Shown piece by piece: positions 1 through 10,600 of a stretch of DNA of 64,000 bases. This DNA comes from Raillietiella orientalis. Taxonomy: Eukaryota. The notes below the pieces were generated by a model. The model saw only the letters and a list, made by a program, of their open reading frames with translations. It had not been told where the DNA came from and did no database searches. The position numbers and the translations under genes were made by a program. Location of the stretch: positions 1-64,000 of the forward strand of contig JAYWIR010000140.1 of the NCBI GenBank assembly GCA_036172245.1, read 5' to 3'. Position 1 is the first letter of the stretch, and every line of letters starts with the position of its first letter.

Positions 1-3000
1 CGCTTTTTCACGAAACATACGTTGGTAGTGCGAGGCAATCTTCCGTCATGAATAACCGCACAACCTTCCGATTTCCTGGTTTCAGAGGTGGATTAAGAAA
101 AGTCCGACATTTGATTAAAGTGGGACACCTTGCACTCCGTATTGTTTTCATAGCAACCACTGTCGCAATTAGAAAGTGAATAATTTAATTCGATCTGATT
201 CATTTTATGGTACAAATTTCCATCTTTTGCTGGTTTGTAATCAATTCGAAGTGAGGAGATTTGACCATGCACTGTTGCGGTTTTTCAGGAAACATCCGTT
301 GGCAGCCCGAGGCAATCTACCGTCATGGATAACCGCACCACCTTGCGATTTCCTGGTTTCAGAGGTGGATTAAGAAAACTCCAACATTTGATTAGGTAAG
401 CACGTTGCACTCCGTGTTGTTTTGATTGCAACCACTGTCGGAGTTAAAAAGTGAATTTTTTAATTCGATCTGATTCACGGTATGGTATAAATTTACCTCT
501 TTTGCTGGTTTGTAATCAATTCGTAGTACGGAGATTTCACCATTGCACTTTTCCGCTTCTTCACGAAGCATCCGTTGGCAGCGCGAGGAAATCTACCGGC
601 ATGGATCACCACACTACCTTGCGATTTCCTGCGTTTACAGGTGGATGAAGAACAGTCCGACATTTCATGAGGGCGGGGCACTTTCCACGCCGTGTTGTTT
701 TCATGGCAACCACTGTCAAAATTGAAATGCGATTTATTGAATTCGATCTGATTCACGGTATGGTATAAATTTACAACTTTTGCTGGTTTCTAATCAATTC
801 GAAGTGAGGAGATTTCACCATGCACTGTTGCGGTTTTTCACGAAGCATCCGTTGGCAGCGCGAGGCAATCTACCGTCATGGATAACCGCACCATCATGCG
901 ATTTCCTGGATTCAGACGTGGATTAAGAAAAGTCCGAAATTTCATTAGGGCGGAACACTTTGCACTGCGAGTTGTTTTCATGGCAACCACTATCGGAATT
1001 AGAAAGCGAATTATTTAATTCGATCTGATTCATTTTATGGTACAAATTAACATCTTTTGCTGGTTTGTAATCAACTCGAAGTACGGAGATTTCACCATGC
1101 ACTGTTGCGCTTTTTCACGAAGCATCCGTTTGCAGAGCGAGGCAATCTACCGTCATGGATAACCGCACCACCTTGCGATTTCCTGGTTTCCGAGGTGGAT
1201 TAAGAAAAGTCCGACATTTGATTTGGGTGGGACACATTGCACTCCGTATTGTTTTCATGACAACCACTATCGGAATTAGAAAGTGAATTATTTAATTCGA
1301 TCTGATTCATTTTATGGTACAAATTAACATCTTTTGCTGGTTTGTAATCAACTCGAAGTACGGAGATTTCACTATGCACTGTTGCGGTTTTTCACGAAGC
1401 ATCCGTTGGCAGCGCGAGGCAATCTACCGTCATGGATAACCGCACCATCATGCGATTTCCTGGTTTCAGAGGTGGATTAAGAAAAGTCCGACATTTGATT
1501 TGGGTGGGACACTTTGCACCCCGTATTGTTTTGATGGCAACCACTGTCGGAATTGGAAAGTGAATTATTTAATTCAATCTCATTCATGGTGTGGTACAAA
1601 TTTACATCTTTTGCTGGTTTGTAATCAATTCGAAGTGAGGAGATTTCACCATTGTACTGTTGCGCTTTTTCACGAAACATACGTTGGCTGTGCGAGGCAA
1701 TCTACCGTCATGGATAACCGCACAACCTTCCGATTTCTTGGTTTCAGAGGTGGATTAAGAAAAGTCCGACATTTGATTAGGGTGTTACACTTTGCACTCC
1801 TTGTTGTTTTGAGCGCAACCACTATCGGAGATAGAAAGTGAATTATTAAATTGGATATGATTCACGGTATGGTAAAAAGTTCCATCTTTTGCTGGTTTGT
1901 AATCAATTCGTAGTACAGAGATTTCACCATTGCACTGTTGCGCTTTTTCACGAAACATACGTTGGCTGTGCGAGGTAATGTACCTGTCATGGATAACCGC
2001 ACAACCTTCCGATTTCCGGGTTGCAGAGGTGGATTAAGAAAAGTCCGACGTTTGATTTGGGTGGGACACATTGCACTCCGTATTGTTTTCATGACAACCA
2101 CTATCGGAATTAGAAAGTGAATTATTTAATTCGATTCGATTCATTTTATGGTACAAATTTACATCTTTTGCTGGTTTGTAATCAATTCGAAGTACGGAGA
2201 TTTCACCATTGCCCTTTTGCGCTTCTTCACGAAGCATCCGTTGGCAGCGCGAGAAAATCTAGCGGCATGGATCACCACACTACCTTGCGATTTCCTGCGT
2301 TTAGAGGTGGATGAAGAACAGTCCGATATTTCATGAGGGCGGGGCACTTTGCACGCCGTGTTGTTTTCATGGCAACCACTGTCAAAATTGAAATGCGAAT
2401 TATTTCATCTCGATCTGATTCACGGTATGGTATGTAACTTTACAACTTTTGCTGGTTTCTAATCAATTCGAAGTGAGGAGATTTCACCATGCACTGTTGC
2501 GGTTTTTCACGAAGGATCCGTTGGCAGCGAGAGGCAATCTTACCGTCATGGATAACCGCACCATCATGATTTCCTAAGGAAACTACAACCCATAGAAACT
2601 CCAACATTTGATTAGGGTGGGGCACGTTGCACCTCGTGTTGTTTTGATTGAAATCAATTGTCGGAGTTAAAAAGTGAATTTTTTAATTCGATCTGATCTA
2701 CGGTATGGTAATTTACATCATCTGCTGGTTTGTAATCAATTGGAAGTACGGAGATTTCACCATGCACTGTTGCGCTTTTTCAAGAAGCATCCGTTGGCAG
2801 CGCGAGGCAATCTACCGTCATGGATAACCGCACCACCTTGCGATTTCCTGGTTTCAGAGGTGGATTAAGAGAAGAATGACATTTGATTAGGGTGGGACAC
2901 GTTGCTATCCGTGTTGTTTTGATAACAACCACTGTCGGAGTTAAAAAGTGAATTTTGTAGTTCGATCTGATTAACGGTATGGTATAAATTTACATCTTTT

Positions 3001-6000
3001 GCTGGTTTGTAATCAATTCGTAGTACGGAGATTTCACCATTGCACTGTTGCGCTTTTTCACGAAAGATACGTTCGCAGTGCGAGGCAATCTATCGTCATG
3101 GATAGCCGTACAACCTTCCGATTTCCTGGTTTCAGAGGTGCATTAAGAAAAGTCCGACATTTGATAAGGGTGGGACACTTTGCACTCCTTATTGTTTTCA
3201 TGGCAACCATTGTCTGAATTAGAAAGTGAATTTTTTAATTCGACCTTATTCATGGTGTGGTACAAATTTACATCTTTTGCTGGTTTGTAATCAATTCGAG
3301 GTGAGAAGATTCCACCATTGCACTATTGCGCATCTTCATGAAGCATCCGTTTGCGGCGAGGCAATCTACCGTCATGGATAACCGCACCAAATGCGATTTC
3401 CTGGTTTCAGAGGTGGATTAAGAAAAGTCCGACATTTGATTAGGGTGGGACACTTTGCACTCCGTATTGTTTTCATGGCAACCACTGTCGAAATTAGAAA
3501 GTGAATTTTTTAATTCGATCTGATTCACGGTATGGTATAAATTTACATCTTTTGCTGGTTTGTAATCAATTCGTAGTACGGAGATTTCACCATTGCACTG
3601 TTGCGCTTTTTCACGAAACATACGTTGGCTGTGCGAGGCAATCTCCCTGTCATGGATAACCGCACAACCTTCCGATTTCCTAGTTTCAGAGGTGGATTAA
3701 GAAAAGTCCGACATTTGATTTGGGTGGGACTCTTTGCACTCCGTATTGTTTTGATGGCAACCACTGTCGGAGATAAAAAGTGAATTATTTAATTTGGATC
3801 TGATTCACGGTATGGTGTAAATTCCTTTGGTTGGTTTGTAACGTTCGTAGTACGGAGATTTCACCATTGCACTGCTGCGCTTTTTCACGAAACATACGTT
3901 GTCTGTGCGAGGCAATCTACGTCATAGATAACCGCACAACCATCCGATTTCCTGGTTTCAGAGGTGGATTAAGAAAAGTCCGACATTTGATTAGGGTGGG
4001 ACACTTTGCACCCCGTATTGTTTTCATGACAACCACTGTCGGAATTGGAAAGTGAATTATTTAATTCAATCTCATTCATGGTGCTGTACAAATTTACATC
4101 TTTTGCTGGTTTGTAATCAATTCGAAGTGAGGAGATTTCACCATGCACTGTTGCGCTTTTTCACGAAGGATCCGTTTGCAGCGCGAGGCAATCTACCGTC
4201 ATGGATAACCGCAAATTCACCTTTGCGATTTCCTGGTTTCAGAGGTGGATTAAGAAAACTCCAACATTTGATTAGGTGGGGCACGTTGCACTCCGTGTTG
4301 TTTTGATAACAACCACTGTCGGAGTTAAAAAGTGAATTTTTTAATTCGATCTGATTCATGGTATGGTATAAATTTACATCTTTTGCTGGTTTGTAATCAA
4401 TTCGTAGTACGGAGATTCCACCATTGCACTTTTGCGCTTCTTCACGAAGCATCCGTTGGCAGCGCGTGGAAATCTACCGGCATGGATCACCACACTACCT
4501 TGCGATTTCCTGCGTTTAGAGGTGGATGAAGAACAGTCCGACATTTCATGAGGGCGGGGCACTTTCCACGCCGTGTTGTTTTCATTGCAACCACTGTCAA
4601 AATTGAAATGCGAATTATTGAATTCGATCTGATTCACGGTATGATATAAATTTACAACTTTTGCTGGTTTCTAATCAATTCGAAGTGAGGAGATTTCACC
4701 ATGCACTGTTGCGGTTTTTCACGAAAAATCCGTTCGCAGCGCGAGGCAATCTACCGTCATGGATAACAGCACCACCTTCCGATTTCCTGGTTTCAGAGGT
4801 GGATTAAGAAAAGAATGACATTTGATTAGGGTGGGACACGTTGCTCTCCGTGTTGTTTTGATAACAACCACTGTCGGAGTTAAAAAGTGAATTTTTTAGT
4901 TCGATCTGATTAACGGTATGGTATAAATTTACATCTTTTGCTGGTTTGTAATCAATTCGTAGTACGGAGATTTCACCATTGCACTGTTGCGCTTTTTCAC
5001 GAAACATACGTTGTCTGTGCGAGGCAATCTACCGTCATGGATAACCGCACAACCATCCGATTTCCTGGTTTCAGAGGTGGATTAAGAAAAGTCCGACATT
5101 TGCTTAGGGTGGGACACTTTGCACCCCGTACGGTTTTCATGGCAACCACTGTCGGAATTGGAAAGTGAATTATTTAATTCAATCTCATTCATGGTGTGGT
5201 ACAAATTTACATCTTTTGCTGGTTTGTAATCAATTCGAAGTGAGGAGATTTCACCATGCACTGTTGCGCTTTTTCACGAAACATACGTTGGCAGTGCGAG
5301 GCAATCTACCGTCATGGATAACCGCACAACCTTCCGATTTCCTGGTTTAAGAGGTGGATTAAGAGAAGTCCGACAGTTGATTAGGGTGGGACACTTTGCA
5401 CTCCGTATTGTTTTCATGGCAACCACTGTCGGAATTAGAAAGAGAATTATTTAATTCGATCTCATTCATAGTGTGGTACAAATTTCCATCTTTTGCTGGT
5501 TTGTAATCAATTCGAAGTGAGGAGATTTCACCATGCACTGTTGCGCTTTTTCACGAAACATACGTTGGCAGTGCGAGGCAATCTACCGTCATGGATAACC
5601 GCACAACCTTCCGATTTCCTGGTTTCAGAGGTGGATTAAGAAAAGTCCGACATTTGATTAGGGTGGGGCTCTTTGCACTCCGTGTTGTTTTCATGGCAAC
5701 CACTATCGGAATTAGAAAGTGAATTATTTAATTCGATCTGATTCATTTTATGGTACAAATTTACATCTTTTGCTGGTTTGTAATCAATTCGAAGTACGGA
5801 GATTTCACCATTGCACTTTTGCGCTTCTTCACGAAGCATCCGTTGGCAGCGCGAGCAAATCTACCGGCATGGATCACCACACTACCTTGCGATTTCCTGC
5901 GTTTAGAGGTGGATGAAGAACAGTCCGACATTTCATTTAGAGTTGGGCACTTTGCACGCCGTGTTGTTTTCATGACAACCACTGTCGGAATTGAAATGCG

Positions 6001-9000
6001 AATTATTTAATTCGATCTGATTCACGGTATGGTATAAATTTACAACTTTTGCTGGTTTGTTATCAATTCGAACTGAGGAGATTTCAGCATGCACTGTTGC
6101 GGTTTTTCACGAAACATCCGTTGGCAGCGAGAGGCAATCTACCGTCATGGATAACCGCACCATCATGCGATTTCCTGGATTCAGAGGTGGATAAGAAAAC
6201 TCCAACATTTGATTAGGTGGGGCACGTTGCACTCCGTGTTGTTTTGATAACAACCACTGTCGGAGTTAAAAAGTTATTTTTTTAATTCGATCTGATTCAC
6301 GTTATAATATGAATTTACATCCTTTGCTGGTCTGCAATCAATTCGAAGTGAGGAGATTTCACCATGCACTGTTGCGCTTTTTCACGAAGCATCCGTTGGC
6401 AGCGCGAGGCAATCTACCGTCATGGATAACCGCACAACCTTCCGATTTCCTAGTTTCAGAGGTGGATTAAGAAAAGTACGACATTTGATTAGAGTGGGAC
6501 ACGTTGCACTCCGTGTTGTTTTGATAACAACCACTGTCGGAGTTAAAAAGTGAATTTTGTAGTCTGATCTGATTAACGGTATGGTATAAATTTACATCTT
6601 TTGCTGGTTTGTAATCAATTCGTAGTACGGAGATTTCACCATTGCACTGCTTGTGCTTTTTCGTACGAAACATACGTTGTCTGTGCGAGGCAATCTACCG
6701 TCATGGATAACCGCACAACCATCCGATTTTCTGGTTTCAGAGGTGGATTAAGAAAAGTCCGACATTTGATTAGGGTGGGACACTTTGCACCCCGTATTGT
6801 TTTCATGGCAACCACTGTCGGAATTGGAAAGTGAATTATTTCATTCAATCTCATTCATGGTGTGGTACAAATTTACATCTTTTGCTGGTTTGTAATCAAT
6901 TCGAAGTGAGGTGATTTCACCAAGCACTGTTGCGCTTTTTCACGAAGAATCCGTTTCCAGGGCGAGGCAATCTATCGTCATGGATAACCGCACCACCTTG
7001 CGATTTCCTGGTTTCAGAGGTGGATTAAGAAAACTTCTACATTTGATTAGGGTGGGGCACGTTGCACTCCGTGTTGTTTTGATTGCAACCACTGTCGGAG
7101 TTAAAAAGTGAATTTTTTAATTCGATCTGATTCACGGTATGGTATAAATTTACATCTTTTGCTGGTTTGTAATCAATTCGTAGTACGGAGATTTCACCAT
7201 TGCACTGTTGCGCTTTTTCACGAAGCATCCGTTGGCAGCGCGAGGCAATCTACCGTCATGGATAACCGCACAACCTTCCGATTTCCTGGTTTCAGAGGTG
7301 GATTAAGAAAAGTCCGACATTTGATTAGGGTGGGACACTATGCACTCCGTGTTGTTTTGATGGCAACAACTGTCGGAGATAAAAAGTGAATTATTAAATT
7401 GGATCTGATTCACGGTATGGTATAAATTTACATCTTTTGCTGGTTTGTAATCAATTCGTAGTACGGAGATTTCACCATTGCACTGTTGCGCTTTTTCACG
7501 AAACATACGTTGTCTATGCGAGGCAATCTACCGTCATGGATAACCGCACAACCATCCGATTTCCTGGTTTCAGAGGTGGATTAAGAAAAGTCCGACATTT
7601 GATTAGGGTGGGACACTTTGCACTCCGTGTTGTTTTCATGGCAACCACTGTCGGAATTGGAAAGTGAATTATTTAATTCAATCTCATTCATGGTGTAATA
7701 CAAATTTACATCTTTTGCTGGTTTGTAATCAATTCGAAGTGAGGAGATTTCACCATGCACTGTTGCGCTTTTTCACGAAGAATCCGTTTGCAGGGCGAGG
7801 CAATCTATCGTCATGGATATCTGCACCACCTTGCGATTTCCTGGTTTCAGAGGTGGATTAAGAAAACTCCAACATTTGATTAGGTGGGGCACGTTGCACT
7901 CCGTGTTGTTTTGATTGCAACCACTGTCGGAGTTAAAAAGTGAATTTTTTAATTCGATCTGATTCACGGTATGGTATAAATTTACCTCTTTTGCTGGTTT
8001 GTAATCAATTCGTAGTACGGAGATTTCACATTGCACTTTTGCGCTTCTTCACGAAGCATCCGTTGGCAGCGCGAGGAAATCTACCGGCATGGATCACCAC
8101 ACTACCTTGCGATTTCCTGCGTTTAGAGGTGGATGAAGAACAGTCCGACATTTCATGAGGGCGGGGCACTTTCCACGCCGTGTTGTTTTCATGGCAACCA
8201 CTGTCAAAATTGAAATGCGAATTATTGAATTCGATCTGATTCACGGTATGGTATAAATTTACAACTTTTGCTGGTTTGTAATCAATTCGAAGTGAGGAGA
8301 TTTCACCATGCACTGTTGCGGTTTTTCACGAAACATACGTTGGCTGTGCGAGGCAATCTACCGTCATGGATAACCGCACAACCTTCCGATTTCCTGGTTT
8401 CAGAGGTGGATTAAGAAAAGAATGACATTTGATTAGGGTGGGACACGTTGCTCTCCGTGTTGTTTTGATAACAACCACTGTCGGAGTTAAAAAGTGAATT
8501 TTTTAGTTCGATCTGATTCACGGTATGGTAGAAATTTACATCTTTTGCTGGTTTGTAATCAATTCGTAGTACGGAGATTTCACCATTGCACTGTTGCGCT
8601 TTTTCACGAAGCATCCGTTGGCAGGGCGAGGCAATCTCCCGTCACGGAAAAACGCACCACCTTGCGATTTCCTGGTTTCAGAGGTAGATTAAGAAAAGTC
8701 CGAAATTTCATTAGGGCGGAACACTTTGCACTGCGTGTTGTTTTCATAGCAACCACTATCGGAATTAGAAAGTGAATTATTTAATTCAATCTGATTCATG
8801 GTGTGGTACAAATTTACATCTTTTGCTGGTTTGTAATCAATTCGAAGTGAGGAGGTTTCACCATGCACTGTTGCGCTTTTTCACGAAGCATCCGTTGGCA
8901 GCGCGAGGCAATCTACCGTCATGGATAACCGCACCACCTTGCGATTTCCTGGTTTCAGAGGTGGATTAAGAAAACTCCAACATTTGATTAGGGTGGGGCA

Positions 9001-10600
9001 CGTTGCACTCCGTGTTGTTTTGATTGCAACCACTGTCGGAGTTAAAAAGTGAATTTTTTAATTCGATCTGATTCACGGTATGGTATAAATTTACATCATT
9101 TGCTGGTTTGTAATCAATTCGTAGTACGGAGATTTCACCATTGTACTGTTGCGCTTTTTCACGAAACATACGTTGGCTGTGCGAGGCAATCTACCGTCAT
9201 GGATAACCGCACAACCATCCGATTTCCTGGTTTCAGAGTGGATTAAGAGAAGTCCGACATTTGATTAGGGTGGGACACTTTGCACCCCGTATTGTTTTCA
9301 TGGCAACCATTGTCGGAATTGGAAAGTGAATTATTTAATTCAATCTAATTCATAGTGTGGTACAAATTTACATCTTTTGCTGGTATGTAATCAATTCGAA
9401 GTGAGGAGATTTCACCATGCACTGTTGCGCTTTTTCACGAAGAATCCGTTTGCAGGGCGAGGCAATCTATCGGCATGGATAACCGCACCACCTTGCGATT
9501 TCCTGGTTTCAGAGGTGGATTAAGAAAACTCCAAGATTTGATTAGGGTGGGACACGTTGCTGTCCGTGTTGTTTTGATAACAACCACTGTCGGAGTTAAA
9601 AAGTGAATTTTTTAGTTCGATCTGATTAACGGTATGGTATAAATTTACATCTTTTGCTGGTTTGTAATCAATTCGCAGTACGGAGATTTCACCATTGCAC
9701 TGTTGCGCTTTTTCACGAAACATACGTTGTCTGTGCGAGGCAATCTACCGTCATGGATAACCGCACAACCATCCGATTTCCTGGTTTCAGAGGTGGATTA
9801 AGAAAAGTCCGACATTTGATTAGGGTGGGACACTTTGCACTCCTTATTGTTTTCATGGCAACCACTGTCGGAATTAGAAAGTGAATTATTCAATTCAATC
9901 TGATTCATGGTGTGGTACAAATTTACATCTTTTGCTGGTTTGTAATCAATTCGAAGTGAGGAGATTTCACCATGCACTGTTGCGCTTTTTCACGAAGAAT
10001 CCGTTTGCAGGGCGAGGCAATCTATCGTCATGGATAACCGCACCACCTTGCGATTTCCTGGTTTCAGAGGTGGATTAAGAAAACTCCAACATTTGATTAG
10101 GGTGGGGCACGTTGCACTCCGTGTTGTTTTGATAGCAACCACTGTCGGAGTTAAAAAGTGAATTTTTTAGTTCGATCTGATTCACGGTATGGTATAAATT
10201 TACATCTTTTGCTGGTTTGTAATCAATTCGTAGTACGGAGATTTCACCATTGCACTGTTGCGCTTTTTCACGAAACATACGTTGGCTGTGCGAGAGAATC
10301 TACCGTCATGGATAACCGCACAACCTTCCGATTTCCTGGTTTCAGAGGTGGATTAAGAAAAGTCCGACATTTGATTAGGGTGGGACACTTTGCACTCCGT
10401 ATTGTTTTCATGGCAACCACTGTCGGAATGGTGTAATTATTTAATTCAATCTGATTCACGGTATGGTACAAATTTACATCTTTTGCTGGTTTGTAATCAA
10501 TTCGAAGTGAGGAGATTTCACCATGCACTGTTGCGCTTTTTCACGAAACATCCGTTGGCAGCGCGAGGCAATCTACCGTCATGGATAACCGCACCACCTT
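1..10600. repeat. Left, more diverged satellite layer with loose 13-14-mer periodicity
   Basis: Diagnostic variants are 'aactccaacatttg', 'cacgttgc', 'ggagttaaaaagtgaattttt', 'catggtgtgg', 'gaagaatccgttt' and 'ggaattggaaag'. The landmark 'catttcatgagggcggggcactttccacg' lies at 661, 4542 and 8149 (spacings 3881 and 3607 bp). Many private small indels are present. The boundary is approximate. Confidence 0.75.

Noticed and set aside
519..535. 'attcgtagtacggagat' as a second CENP-B box
   Set aside because: It has TTCG and the central A but lacks CGGG at the required spacing.
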